Origin: Heptranchias perlo
Taxonomy: Eukaryota
Assembly (NCBI RefSeq): GCF_035084215.1
Contig: NC_090338.1
Span: 57,226,001-57,290,000, forward strand
Direction of reading: 5' to 3'
Length of the DNA stretch: 64,000 nt
In this document: piece after piece, positions 48,726-63,485 of the stretch
Numbering within the stretch: the first letter of the stretch is position 1
Layout of the letters: each line of letters opens with the position of its first letter
Notes under the pieces: generated by a model
What the model was told of the DNA's origin: nothing
Databases searched by the model: none
What the model saw: the letters and a program-made list of their open reading frames with translations, nothing else
Program-made: the position numbers and the translations under genes

Positions 48726-51700
48726 GAAGAGCAAACATCCCTGAAGTCTGCCTCTCATTGTTGAATACCTCTGCTTAATTAAGACTCCAAAATTTGAGCT
48801 AGAATTCTGGCCTTAAATAATCAAATCAGTTATTTCATCCTAATTCTGCAAGGCACTCTGCATGCTCAACTGAACAAATGTGCATGCAAATAGGACTCCT
48901 GTTGATTTATAAGACAACTGAGCAAGAGGAAAGATACTTGAGAGGTGTCATTCATGAAACAGGGATTGCTGAACACTTCAAATTAATTTTTGTCATCCCT
49001 TTGGGGAGTCACCAACAGCATAGTTTCTCAAACCTTTGACAGTTCTGAGGGTTATAGGGCAACTCGTAGGGTTGTCTGATTCCTCTCCTTTGCTCTCAAA
49101 ATCAAACCCCCCCCCCATCTTTCTTGCAGGGGGATATGAAGGACATGAGGATCCAGGGATGCAGAACGGGAACACAAACCTTCTCTCTAGGCAGCAGTTC
49201 TTCCCTACAGTAGTCTATATTTTCTCAGCCTGGCATTTCCAATATTATGGTTTGCATTGAGTATTGTGCTCTAATTGAGCAAAAAGACCTTCAAAGCCAT
49301 TTTAAAGTTCCAATTATTTGGGGTGCAAATCATCCAAACCTACATCCCTTGCACTGCATATATCAGAAGTTCTGCTGTTATACTCTGATATGTACTGCAT
49401 GAAAAAACATGGTTAGATTAGGTTCATCTTTAGTGGGGTTTGTGCTTAATATCTTTTTTTCTCCACCATCTACATCTGTTTGAGTTGTTCTTCATGCAAA
49501 TCTCTAGGACCATCTTCAAGGGCATGGATAGGTAGATATCATGTTTTATCTAGAGGAGATTACCACCTTCAAAGCCCACAATTCCTCACATCTCAGGATC
49601 ATTATATACTTCCTAATACTTAGTTTTGATCTCACGAGATAAGCAAATAGTCCAGCTCTTTAAAACGTATATAAGTGAAATGTTTTTCGGTAACTAGCCA
49701 GAACATTCTCGGGGCACGGCTGGACTGTCCATAGATCAGGCCGCCAAAGACACGTTTTGGGGTCTGCTGTTTCGTGAACAATTATCCAGGTTGTATCAAT
49801 CTAACCAGCACACTTAATTGTACTATTGTATTTTAAACATCTCTGCTACTTGTTATAACTTCTTAATAAAGCTATTATACTTTGGCAGCATCAGCCTCAC
49901 GGCCTTCATTCAAGGACAAGAACCGTATAAGTAGAAGACATATTGGTATATATATTTTTACTTACAATATCTCTAATTTTATGTTTCTGCCTACACTGCT
50001 TACAATGCTGACTATCTTTGACATTTGGCAAATTTGGATATGTGGCTCTCTATCCCGTCATCCAAGTCATTAATAAATACAGTGAATAGTTGAGGTCACT
50101 GTGGGACACCAGTCACATCCTGCCAATTCAAGTACCTATCCATTATCCCTACTCTCGGTCTCCTGCCACTCAGCCAAAGTTATAATGGAAAAAGCTGGCA
50201 GGAAGTGCATGTAGATAGAAGATTTTTTATTAAATATATATCCCAAGCAGCCTATCCCCTACATCTTATCTGCAAAGCAACACCAATATTCCTCCCAGCT
50301 ATTTAAGGAGTCAAAGTCTATCAGAACAAAAGATTGCATTACCGTTTCCTGTTTTTGAAGAGTGGATCTGTCTGGTCCTATTAAGCTACAAAATGCATTT
50401 ATGTTCAAAAAGTCACATTTTCTGTCTGTATCGCCAAATACAGCATCTCCTCTCTGCAGTTGATTTTGATTTAATTTACCTCAAACAAAGGTAGCCTCCC
50501 CTACTTTTATTTCTACTCACATGATGGGCATCTGCCACTGGGTACCTTCAGAAGGCATGCAAAGATCTAACATGGGCACTCCAATTTGAGGAGCAATGGG
50601 ACACAGGTTATTTGCTCTGATATTTCCATCAGTAATTGCTTGAGGGGATAAACAAAAAATCTTGCACCATACTTGTGTTTCAGCAATAGCTTAAGTATTG
50701 GAGCCTTGCAATGCCTGACGTACATTGGAGGATGCGAGGAAACCAGGAACCTCTCAAGCATTCTGAACCTGTTCTTAGACCATCCCATAATGGACAATAA
50801 TAATCAAGGATATTGAGACCAATACTGGAATTCCAACATTCCCAATCACATGCAGTGCCTCATTGGCTGTCACGTCTCATCTCCTTTATGCTACAAGTTA
50901 TTGCATTTCCAGCACGTGGAATCAGGTACTGTTGCTAATGTTGTCTACATTGATCCAAATGCTTTGGAAGACAATCCACTTGAATTACGCACATGCCCCA
51001 ACTGAAACAGGTAAAGCTTCTTCAAGTATGGTCCACCTTTCTGCAGTACTGTTGAATAAATTTGATTTTAAAAACAGGAATGGAATGTTAGATTACATAT
51101 ACTGTAGGTATAGTCTTCCTCATTCTTCAATTGTAATGCAATCTCCACACATAAATAGTAATATCCTCTTCATGTGGGAAGTCACATGGGGACAATGCTC
51201 CCTTAAGAGTTTCACACCATGCTCCCCGATTGATCTTTTCCACTTGAGTGTACGTACGGCCTCAATCTGACCACATTCTCCATTCTTGACGAAAGGCAGT
51301 TGTACTGAGACCATGAGTGTACAACACAAGTAATAAAACATATGCATATCTACGTCCAAACAGCTCCAGCGTAACAAGGTCAGAAAAGAATCATGGAGCG
51401 GAGCATGTTTGTCCAGAGTGCACAAACTGGAGACGAGATTCTGAAAACCTACAACTTAGGGCCAAATTGAGGCTGGAACGTTCAAAAAAAGCATGCACAC
51501 TGCTCCACGTAGCTGCTCAACAGGTAGCGCCCCGCCGAAAGAATATCCATGAACTGTCCCGAGAGATGGTCACACGACAAATAGAATGGGCTCTCATCTA
51601 AGATTTTTTCAACATGGGAACGAAACTGGCTAACAAGTGAAACTTTGATTTTTATCCACAAGATGATAATTTCATTTTTCAAAGTAAGCATTTCAAGCAT

Positions 51701-53561
51701 ACATGCTTAGGAACATACAAACACACAAGTTCCAAATAACTTGGATACGAAGTTGTTCAAGATTAAAATTCCAATGGAGTGCTTAATTTTTCTCTTCTCC
51801 CTTCCTGAAGCTGTTGACTTACTTAATTCAGGAAAAGATTCTATGAAGGGCTTGGTTATCCTTATAATTTCACTCATCCAACTCGACAAAATTGAGGACT
51901 GCCAATTATAATTCACTTCCCTTCCCTCTCCAGAAAAAAAACCTCTTGATTGTGCATACTACTGTATCAGGAGCTATAGCGACAGTGACATTACTGTTTT
52001 GTGTAGGGGAAAGTGGAGGCCGTTGTTATATACTGGCTGTTGTCGATCGGGCTCTTTTAGCTGTTGGGTTTAACCTACCCTAAAGAAGGAAAGAAAAGCC
52101 ATTTCCCTCTATCAAGGACACCTCAACACAAACACTGGTCTCTAAGGCATATCAGAATTATCATTAAAAGGGCAAGGGGTGCAGAGAATTACATTTGGGT
52201 TCACTATATTAATCCATGTTTAAAAAGGGCTTGACATCAAACTAACGTGTCTTTTTCTGACTTCACATTTCCTTTTTTATACTCTGAACAGACTAAACAA
52301 TAGACAATTCTGTGGTGTTGGGATTACGTCCGTCACAGGCAAATGCTGAAAGTAACCACATGCGATCTCTGTAAAGTGTTGGTGAATTTCGTAGACAGAT
52401 GCTGCTTGGTAAATGTCACTTCTTGTCAAATCCTACAGGGTTAAAATTTCATGTCTTTCTGGACTACAAATGGGTGCACAACAAATCTCTAAATAATAAG
52501 CACACATATCTTCATCAAGTCATTGTATTTATCTTTCAAAAGAAAGACAATTCACAGTACATAATTTAAAAAAGGATGCCAAAAAGACTTGGCTGGCATA
52601 GTACAAACCTACATTCTTTTCAGAGTTAACAGTCAGAGCATTGGTTTATACCACTGTGATGTAGTTCAAGCTGGCTAATGCCAGGAAATCATATAAAACT
52701 AACAATTTTTGGTTTGAAGTAAATAAAATGTTCTTGTTACAATATAAAATAAAGGTACATAATAGAACAAAAAACTTAACACAAATACAATTTAAACAGA
52801 CAACCAATGGCAAGATTAAACTGATAAGATTTCAAATCTCAGAAACTACAAGGAACTACTTCAAACGCATGGCTTTGATATCGTGACCCATTTGTGAAAC
52901 TATTCCAGCAGGTGGCCATCGCTTCTCCAAACACTTCTGGGTATGCCACGAGTTTGAGAAACAGCATACACTGCAAAATGAATTTTTGTATCGTCAGGTA
53001 CTTTGCTCTAACATCAATCATTCTGAAATTAAATTTACATTTCAAAATAAAACCATTATTTCCAGAGAGGTCAGCCCAACATAAGGCATGAATATGATGC
53101 ACCAGCCTACATTTTGCATTCTCTACAATGCATAAGTGAGCTGAGAGTGGTGGTGATGATCACCTGATTCAAGGAAAACTGATTTTTCATAGTAGCATCC
53201 ACTAAAGTATATTAAAAAATTCATTACATATGTAACAAGCAAACTTTTTCTTTTTTAAAAAAAGGACAGAATAAGACGACAGTATAAACAGGACAAAGTA
53301 TAAACAAGACGCACACCAAGGAGCAGGATTTTATAAACAAAATAAATCAAGTATAGTAAATACCACGATATACACTGTCACCTCGTGGGAATGGGGTGAT
53401 GCTAGCATGCATACCCTGGAGATGCAACAAGTATGACCTGTTTACAGCCATGAAAAGTAAAGGATGAAACCATGAGCCATGTGTTACAATGTGAATCCAA
53501 CTACAGTTACTAATACACAACAGAAAAGTTCTCATTCAGTTTCCATCACATTGGTGAGGAC

Positions 53562-53567
53562 TTTATT
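53562..53567 (-). terminator. Candidate poly(A) signal of the FAM193B 3' UTR (another at 53763-53768)
   Basis: AATAAA on the - strand at the end of a repeat-free AT-rich tract below the stop codon; motif only. Confidence 0.3.
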
Positions 53568-55978
53568 TAATCTTCACATAAAATGAACTTTACAACGATT
53601 ATAGCCGATTTACTTTACTAAGAGTTATTGAAGTAGATAAAAACACTTGAATATAAAGTTTTTTGTCATTCTGTAATGCGCAGATGTGCATTAGCACTGT
53701 CTGCACCCGACACCACTATACACAAGATATTTACAATGTGGTTTCTAAACACATATATAAAGTTTATTGTAAATGATCAATTTCCATCCAAGTTTGAAAT
53801 TGACCATGATATGAAAGTGGGTCGGCCACTACAGGTTTTTATATATATATAAATAAGTCACCACTACACACTCCAATATGGTGGTGCAGTAGGAAGCCTT
53901 TAACTTACAGTATAACACACTGCAAAATGTGGTCTATTCCATGACTTACAGAAGATACCAACCAGCTGGTTGTCACTGTCAGTTTCAGCAGTTAATACTC
54001 ACTCGCCATGAAGATACCACATGGCCCACATCTTTTTCTCTCTTTCTGGCATTTATGGTCTTATACTTGGCTGGGATGTGGCAGCAATTCAAGGAATAGG
54101 AATTAATTTTAAAAAGGAAATGAGAACAAATCTCAAGTTAATTTTAGCATCATATTTACCAGAAATAGCCAAGGAGATCAGATTAAAAGTGTGCTCAATT
54201 GTTAGCAAACTGAATGCAAGATTAATGGGCTTGTGATCGAAGTGTCTGATCATCGTGCAATTGATTTGCTGTATGAGAGCAGCACTGCACCGCAACTGAT
54301 TGCATGATCAAACAAGCTGAAAACAAGCTCTATTACTCCCATGCTATGATCCAAAATGGTATCTGTAACTTTTCATTTTAAAGATGCAGCAGTTCCATAT
54401 TTGCTCATCATTTCTAACTGCAGTACAATGGCAATATTGGATTTTCAGGTCATAACCAAGTTATTTGTGATTAACGCTGGCACTCTATGCAACAGATAAA
54501 AGTTATGAGAAAGTTGTGCTCCAAGTAGACTGACAACCAATATTGGTTTGGTGCCAAAAGTTGTTAAAAAAAAATAGAATGAAAAATTGTAGTTAAAATA
54601 GGGAAACCTGCACTTCTGAGTTTGGTGCTGTAATTATGGAGAAATAGAGCTTTTAACAGAGACAAAAATGCTGAAGTAAGGCTTTCATTATGACTGTACC
54701 GCACCTACCAATAATGGGCAGATTGCCACTACCTGGTAGTGTTAAAGTAAGCACCAATGCAGCTGTCTGCATACAATTAATTACAGTGCTATTGGCCTCA
54801 AGCCATATTTCTTTATAGCATACTATTTGGGCTTTTATTTACTATTGTCAAAAATCTAACTGGCTAAAGACTTAAAGACAGACAAAAATGGATCAGAATA
54901 TTTTCCTTCAAAGTTAATTTTAAATGCTAGTTTTACTGGAGACTACAGCAATTTCTAACCCCCACAATCTCTACAAAATTTCATCAGAGCTTCATAATGA
55001 GGCTCATATTCGTACTTATCCAGGAAAACAGGCTGCATATTCTAACTTAGGTGTCAGTTTTGAAAGTAATGATATAGACTCACCTCACCCAACCCCTCCT
55101 CAATTGTTTTCCAATTCTACAAATGCACGTACAAGGCTCTCCGAATTAGAACTGGGAAGAGAATCCGCGACAAGCAAAAGGCCCATGACTTATTCTCCCA
55201 GTTTATTACAGAAAGCCCAATGACATCAATTGTTGATGTTACTCATTTAGTCTTTGCTTTATCACAAACGTGTAGCAGGAGGTGACTATGTCTACTGGCC
55301 ATCTTCACTGGACTTCTCACTAGACATTCCCAGGACAGCACTTACTACAACATCTCTGACCACAGGGGACTAGGTAAAGCTACACTCATGGCAGTGCAAA
55401 ATTTGCAATTTTAAATATTTTATTTGATCTTTTTGCAAACCTGCTGGCTGGTTTCATTTAGAATTAAGAGTACGACATTCTCCTAAAAGTCAGTTCCATA
55501 ATAGTTCACGGGTACAAGAGATACATTTCAATCGCTTTTGTAAGTGCCATGAAACGTGTCTGCCCTGCCTTAATGTCACTTGGATAGATAACAAAAAAAA
55601 ATCCCATTCCACATTTCATTTGACCCTTCCCCCAAAAAAGCATTTAGGAAATCAACTGGCCAACTTTAAAATTCTGTGTTACTGGTTTCTACTGAAATGC
55701 AGACTTGCTCCACTGGTGTCAGCACTATTTGACAAACAATTTCTCACAATGACCATAAAGCACAATAAACCAACCCAAGAGATAATTATGCCACCCAGTT
55801 AGAAACGTGCACTTCTTCTGGCTAAGGCACTGGTTGTGGATGACATCACAGCAAGTTGTTTATACATCACAGCAAATTGCTTAGAGATGGGAGAGCAGGC
55901 CGACACCCATTACAGTAAGGAATGTGTTAAACTGCGGGACAATTCCAGTTTTCGTTAGGCAAGAGTGTGGTGCCCTCT

Positions 55979-56098
<120 letters not shown>

Positions 56099-56607
56099 TC
56101 AGAACATCATAAGGAGGAAAGGAATGTCAGGACCATTGTCAAGTCATAGCTGCTTTGTTATGTGAATGAGCTGTCCACAAATGGGTTTCTGAAATAGCTC
56201 AGCTTGCTGTATTCTACATAAGATAAAAGTGCATGCATTTATAAATGGATGATGAAAGACAGAGCTTGGTCGATTTCAGCCAAAACAAGCATAAAAGGAA
56301 CATCTGAATAAAAAGAGAAACTTCAGCCATGAAAGCAGAAATTAGTAACAGAGAAACAATGTTCTAACATGGGCTTTGAGACACGTACCCAATGGCGAGC
56401 AATCATGTCCTCAATTCATACTTGCAATGCTTATGCTTTTTTTTGTTAAATATTACTTTCAACTTGTAACTAAAATGTTTGATTTAAAAGTTGACTGATT
56501 CTAATTCCTCCAATGACGTGGCTCCATTCTAGATTTATAGTCTATAGTTAACAACAGTCCTGTTGCCATGCAGATAACTGTACACGTTTTCAAATTCCAT
56601 TGCCCTG

Positions 56608-57240
56608 TGCGACGCAAGCGAGCGAGAGAACACATGCACAACTCGGTGCCAGCACTGCTCATCTACAAGGAAAACAAAGTCTATGGCCGGGAGTGCGGGG
56701 GCAAGCAAACGTTCTCACGAGAGAGCAAGTAAGCAAGAGAGAAAGAACAAGAGCGCATGCAAAGGAGGAGAGCATGTGTCTGAGGGAGAAAGTGAGTGAG
56801 CGCATGGGAGAAGGTGAAGAAAGGGAGAGAGTATGTGAGGCAGCACGTGCGAAGGAGAGAATGCACGAGGTGGCGAGGAAGACAGCACATGCGCGAGGGG
56901 GGTCAGAAGCAAGCAGGAAAGAGACAGAGAGACTGAGAGCAAGAGATCTCAAGAGACGGAGAGAGCAAATGGAACAGTAAGAGAGAGACTAAGTGAAGTA
57001 GAGAGTGCTTGAGAGGGAGAGGCAGTGAGCACACACGAGGGGGAGAGAGCATGAGAGTGAAAGACTTCAAGAAATCAAAGAGAAAAAGCACGGGAGAACG
57101 AGACAGAGAGCAAAAGAGAGCGCACGCTTGCAAGAGACAAACACACAGACAACGCGATTGAGCACCGGAATAAGAGAGCAGCAAGTGAGAGAGCAAGCAC
57201 AAAGGGGGAGAAAACGAGAGAGGCACACACAGAAACTGAA
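56608..57240. repeat. Degenerate GA/purine-rich low-complexity tract (intronic)
   Basis: Base composition. Confidence 0.7.
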
Positions 57241-58447
57241 GATAGCTCAGTACCAGCACTGCATGTCTGAAAAGAAAAATGCAGTGCGTAAGAGTGGCCT
57301 CCCAACAGCAAAGCTAAAAATGGGTGCAGGTCACCAACAGGGATATTGTGCTGTTCTCCCACAGGAGAATGACCATCTCTCCAACTCAGGACTGTAGGCA
57401 GACATGATCCCTGGAAAATGTTGAATTTTCACATTAAAACTAGTGTAATCTGGTTAATTTTAAATACTTCTTGATTTCATAATTGATCATTTTTAATCTA
57501 ATAAATTGTAGGAAATGTATATGGGTTCCAACCAAACCATTGCTTCCCCAGAAACTATCTAAACAGTCACTTCTCCCCTTCAGAGCCACTTCCTTCTCCC
57601 CTTAAGCCCCCAGTTCATAGAAGCAGTTTATCATCCCCTCCCCCACCCCGGTTCAATTCACAGAAGCACTCTCCCCTTCCAACTCACAGCCCTGTTCAAA
57701 AGGGTGCTCTAACCCATCCAGTACCACCCCATCAGAAGTACTCTCCCTCCAGTTGTGCATGGCTGCTGTCCCAAAAGCTGCTGCTTCACTCAGGGTGCAG
57801 ATTCTGTGCTGTGGGCAGGAATTCACGAACTATCACAAGACCAGAAATTCCCACATCCAGCCTGCATCATAAAACCCAGCAGGATCAGATAATGGGGAAG
57901 ATTATCAAGGAGCACAGCAGAAGTGACTATCCGCCCAGAAACTTGCGGCAGCAAATCAGCTGCTGCATCAGGAGCTCATCAATTTACTACTCAAGGAATA
58001 AAAGCTATACAGATCTGTGTACAGCATGTGCACCTGGCCATACCCCTTCCTGGTTTAACAATCTGGGAGGAAGTGCTTGGCGAGTCTGGAGTACCTGAAC
58101 CACAAGGGGGGGCAGGGAGGTAAAAAAAAAGGACCGACAATGGGAGCTTGGCTTTACACACCATCCCCCTGCTTTTCCAGCCTCGGAGTTAAGACTCCCA
58201 CTTTGAGTACAAGGGTGCCCCCCCATCTCAACTGAAATTCAGTAACTCTTTAGAGAATGACAGAATGGATCAGCATATATAAAAAAGAACTGAAATTAAT
58301 ATCTTCTTATCCCTAAAGCTTTATTTAATAAATCTGGTAATCACTGCATCGAGCTAGCTTAAGGAAGTTTGGGGCATTTACTTCTCATCTTCGAATAACC
58401 CCCCCACCCAATCTGGTTCAGGTCCAGACTAGGTCCCTGCATAAGTC

Positions 58448-58725
58448 GGCAGAGAGCGAGACAGCAAGGCAGAGAGCGAGACAGCAAGGCAGAGAGCGAG
58501 ACAGCAAGGCAGAGAGCGAGACAGCAAGGCAGAGAGCGAGACAGCAAGGCAGAGAGCGAGACAGCAAGGCAGAGAGCGAGACAGCAAGGCAGAGAGCGAG
58601 ACAGCAAGGCAGAGAGCGAGACAGCAAGGCAGAGAGCGAGACAGCAAGGCAGAGAGCGAGACAGCAAGGCAGAGAGCGAGACAGCAAGGCAGAGAGCGAG
58701 ACAGCAAGGCAGAGAGCGAGACAGC
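58448..58725. repeat. Perfect 20-bp tandem repeat GGCAGAGAGCGAGACAGCAA x ~14 (intronic)
   Basis: Exact periodicity. Confidence 0.97.
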
Positions 58726-59031
58726 GCGAACGACAGTTCAAGCCAAAGCAACAAAGCGAGAGAATGAGAAAGAAAAAACAGAATAACAGAAAGTAGAGAG
58801 AGTCGGAAAGTGGAAAGGCAGTTACAAGAACAGACATATTACTTTTATCTGTGAACAATGCCACATGATCCCAACTAATCAAGAAAGTCAGATTAATTGG
58901 AAGTTTCTGGTAACTAGGAAAGCAGCAATGGATATTTTCTTTCTCACATGTAGAACACTAAGATCAAGTCTGTCCCTGTCCTAATCTCTGTTCAAGTTCT
59001 CCTGCTAATCAGTTTGCCCTCTCTTTACTTA

Positions 59032-59139
<108 letters not shown>

Positions 59140-60454
59140 TCATTAACAATACACAGCTCAAATGATGAATAAGCTCCAGAGTAAAACATTATCAGCACAC
59201 TTCAATACTAACTTGACTAGTACAACACGCACTGGTTAAAATTACCAGAATTTCTGACTTTATTACAATCCTATGATGCTGGTGGTGTGTTAGCATCTCT
59301 GGCATATAGACAGCAGGAGCAACTGCCAGTGCTCTCAAACAGGCGTATTTTACATTGCTGTGAAACTATCAATGTGGGACCTACTTATTCAGCAGCATTG
59401 GAAATTTGTTAATCCGAGTTAATCTTTTTGCAAAAATTGGCAACTGTTAAGTCATTAGGTTACTGGGGAGGTTGGGCTTTGGACGCAACAAAAAAAGTAC
59501 ACAAAAGGAACAGTCAAAGACATTTAGGCAATTCCTTACCACTATGTTTAGGTCTTGGAGCACCAGAGGAAGCCTGCACACCATCCTGTCCATCAGCATG
59601 TTCATCAGTTCTCAGTACTAGGGATGTTTTTAAAACAGAACAAAAGTTATTTACAGGAAATATCACTAATTCACTTCATGAAAATCATGGCAATGTACTT
59701 CTGTTAACATGGTACTTTTGAAATTTCCCAGCACCTATCACCTTCCAAAGCTTTAAAGACAAGCTGGAGGTGAGCCCATGCCTCCAAAGATGTAATGTTA
59801 TACACAGCCTCTGGGAGACACTAAACTCCAATTAGGGTAGCAAGTACCAAACACAGTTAAAATCACACAGACATCATATATGAACAAAACACTTAAAAGC
59901 AATGTCAGTGTGCAATAGAAAAGATCATTCAAGTATCTATTCCCACTGTAAAACAGGACTGAAGTGTGAATCTCAGACAATTGTGCTGAAGTCTCAATTT
60001 TCTCAGTCATTAAACTTGCATCATTACTCATTAAAATGAGCAGATACAGCAGCTCTTTATATTAAAATGAGCAGATGCTGCAGCTATTTATACTAAAGGA
60101 CATATATTGTGTTACACTGTATTCTATCTGGTTGTTCACAGCCCTTTGTGCACAGTGCAGCAATGAACTTTCAGATAGCACGACTGTAGTCTGTAGTTTC
60201 AGTTTGGTTATATTGAAAGCTTACGGTTCCTAGTCTCCACCATATTACATTTTCAAATTTCCACTTTGCATGTCTGATCACCAAAGCGTTGGCAAAAACA
60301 GAATGGCTACATTTAGGTTTAAGAAAAGTTATTCCAATTTAACATCAAAATTCCAAAAGTGTATGCAACAATGATGAAGCACACCCAGCGCAGGGTGCTG
60401 CATCTAGTCTGGCATACAAGTAATATGTCCAAATGTTTTAATAAAATGGGTTGT

Positions 60455-61140
60455 GACAACAACTTGCATTTATATAGCACCATTGATGTAGAAAAACCTC
60501 CCAAGGTGCCGTATAGAGATGCAATCAAAAAATTGGACTCTGAGCCAAAGATGATATTAGAAGGGGTAACCAAAAGCTTGATCAAAGAGGTGGGTTTTAA
60601 GGTAGTTCTTCAAGAACGAGAGGGAGGTGGAGCGACAGAGTTTGTGGCACGGGTCGAAGAGGATGACTTCGGTCTTCCCAATGTTTACCTGGAGGAAACT
60701 GCAGCTCATCCAAGACTGGATGTCAGGCAACAGGTCTAACAACAGAGGCAGTGGAGAGGGCGTGGCAGGTGATGGAAAAGAAGAGCTGGGTGCCGTCAGC
60801 ACACGTGGAAGCTTACCCCATGTGTGTGGATGATGCTGCCAATGGGCAGCATGTGGATGAGGATGGGGAGGGACCAAGGATAGATCCTTGGGGGACTCTA
60901 GAGGTAATGATGCGGGGACAAAAAGAGATGGCATTTTAGGAGATGTGCTGGCTATGATTGAACAGGCAATAATGGAACCAAGCTGGACAATGTAGGAGAG
61001 GCGTTGGAGGAAGGTGGTGTCATCGACCATGTCAAAGGCTGCAGAGAAATTGAAGAGGGATAATGCACCACGGTCACAGTCACAGTCACAAAGGATGTAA
61101 TTTTGACTTTGGTTAAGACCGTTTCAGTGCTGTGTGGCAT
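60455..61140 (-). mobile_element. L2 LINE fragments
   Basis: HSTETVLTKV, DIQSWMS..LQVNIGKTEVI, LKTHLFDQAF. Confidence 0.8.
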
Positions 61141-61765
61141 TATGAACTGTTCTAAACTCTTCTCTTACAGATTTCAATATCTAAATGTTTCAGTTTTATT
61201 ACATTCTCCATGCATTTCACGGTAGACTTGGTGGGCCTGGATACTTGCGCATTTACTTTGCTCCCTTTATATGCAGTTCAGAAAATGCTCCAGTCAGGAG
61301 GATGACAGTCTGATTTTCCCTTCATCTGCCAGCAACAACTGGAATTGAAGGTGGGTTGCAGAAGCATTTCTCCTCCCACACATACCCATTAAACAGCCTG
61401 TTGAGTATCTGAACGCCCACTGATCTAGGTAAAATGCAGTGAGATTTGTAGCTTTGGGCTCTTGCTTGAAGAAAAAGTGCTCAGCCTGTCATATGACAAT
61501 CTTTTTAGTCAACTATTCATGTTTGCTGTTTCCACCTAATGGTTTTCTTCTGGCAATGTACATATTTCTACTTAGAATATTTAAATATTGAAGTGGAGGT
61601 GCCGTAACATGCTGTCACTTCAAACACTTTCCACATAGGCACAGGTTCAAATCCCAGCTCTGCGCACTTTAGAATTTCGCTAACTGTCCACTTGTTCAGT
61701 TAGTTACAGGAGCCTGTGAGGAGGTAAACATATAAAACAACAAAATATACGCTGATTAAACTTAC

Positions 61766-62903
61766 CAACAGAGTTGTTGGTTTTGTCGTTTTTCTTCTTT
61801 TTGCCTTTCTTGCTCTTGCCCTTGGACTGAGACATGTCAGTTGTCACCTGCTGCTCTTCTTTGACTCCCCTAGTTTCAGAGCCTTCCACCTTCTCAGTAT
61901 TTGAATTTTTAGTGTTACATTTTCTGTCTTCACCAGCTTCAGAGTTGCCAAGAACACTGACCCCCTTCCACTTGCCTTGCCTGGGCTCATCGTATTTGGC
62001 AGTCACGGTCTTTGCAGTCTCTGCTGACTTTCCATCGTGATTCTGGTTCGTCTTATGTTTGGCAGTAGGCGCATGCAGTTTGGAACCCTGCATTTTTGGA
62101 GCTATAGGATGTTCATGCTCTTTTCTTGAAACCACAGGTTTGCCCTTGGTCTCCTCAGTGGTCTGGTGCTTGGGCTGCCTTGGTTGTTTCCCACTTCTTG
62201 ATAGCTGCTGCGTCACTTTAGACTCTGATGGTTTATGCAGTATCACTGTGTCCTCCAGTCGCAGTGTGGGGTTATTTTCAGCCTTTGAAGGTAATGAACA
62301 GCTGCCCCTCGATTTCTTTCCTAATGAGTTTTCCAGTACAGGCATATCAGAGCCGTTGTGCTCTTGATTTGTGATGACTGCATGCTTACTTCCATTCACC
62401 AAATGGTTCTGCACAATCCCTGGTGTTGTTAAGGACAAGTTCAAGTTGAGTTTCTGATGGTCTATTATTCTTGTCTCCTCTTTGTCCGCAGTGCCATTGC
62501 TTTCTATCAGTAAGCCCTTCTCCACTGTGGTCAGCTCTGGAAAGTCATCCTTGGGCAGATCACACAGACTGAAGTTTGCTTTGATAGAATCTCTGATTCT
62601 GTCCTTAAGCTGCTCCAGTCTGCTGGTTAGGATGCTGCTTACTCGCTGCAACTCCACCTGGTGCCATAACTCCTGCTGATTAAGTTTCTCTTCTATATCC
62701 TCTTGAATATGCTGGTTGAGCTTTGAAACTTTCTCCTCTATATCTTCTTGGACATGCTGGTTGAATATCAAAACTTTCTCCTCTATACCCTCTTGGATGT
62801 GTTGATTTATTACAGAAACATTCTCCAGATCCTGAATATGCATTGCAGATGGGCATTGTTTCTCTGGTCTTTGATCACAAGCCTCTGAACGGGCTTTCTC
62901 CTG
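61766..62903 (-). CDS. FAM193B: FAM193B large internal coding exon (1138 nt)
   Basis: Open frame from QEKARSEA; contains ELQRVSSILTSRLEQLKDRIRDSIKANFSLCDL (FAM193B-type coiled segment); ends KGKSKKGKKK..NNSV(D); acceptor tag|cag, donor G|gtaag. Confidence 0.85.
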
Positions 62904-63069
62904 CTAGAGCACAACAAAATGGAGCAGTAAAAGCAAGTGTGCACCTTGTACCAGCTGCACAATTAAAATTAGACATGAACTCCTAGCTGTACATGTAGGC
63001 CAGAATTTCTACATACAAATGTGATCATTTGTACCACTCCCCATTTAAATCGTAGGGTGTAAGGAAAAC

Positions 63070-63485
63070 GTTTATTGAGCCAAAGAGCGAGAGATTAGGA
63101 GGGGTAGCCAAAAGCTTGGTCAAAGACGTGGGTTTTACAATGAGATAAGAGAGGTGTAGGAGGTAATTCCTGAGTGAGACCATTATGAGAATGAAAGCAC
63201 AGTTGCTAATGGTTGGGTGAAGGGCAGGTATGGTGAGTGGGTGATGCACAAAAGGCTGAAGAGTACAAGGGGTGGAGGGTCGGGGTGAGATTTGAAGAGT
63301 TACAGGAAGTTACAGAAATAGGATGGGGAAATACTATGGAGGAATATTCAAAGGAGGATGAGAATTTTAAATTTTGAGGCATGGGAACCAGGTACTAATG
63401 TAGATTACTCAGGATGGGTATGATGGGCAAGTGGGACTTGGAGCAGGATGGTATACATGCAGTAGCGTTTTTGATGAGCTGAACA
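63070..63485 (-). mobile_element. L2 LINE 3' fragment, decayed
   Basis: Similar to the 7462-8232 fragment. Confidence 0.6.

Noticed and set aside
56600-57397. Charged or low-complexity ORFs on both strands
   Set aside because: Degenerate GA-rich intronic tract without splice support.
58359-58882. ORFs with repeating LSRSLPCCLALCLAVSLSAL
   Set aside because: Translation of a 20-bp tandem repeat inside an intron.
61704-62843. Stand-alone 379-aa gene
   Set aside because: It is an internal FAM193B exon; the real boundaries are 61766-62903.
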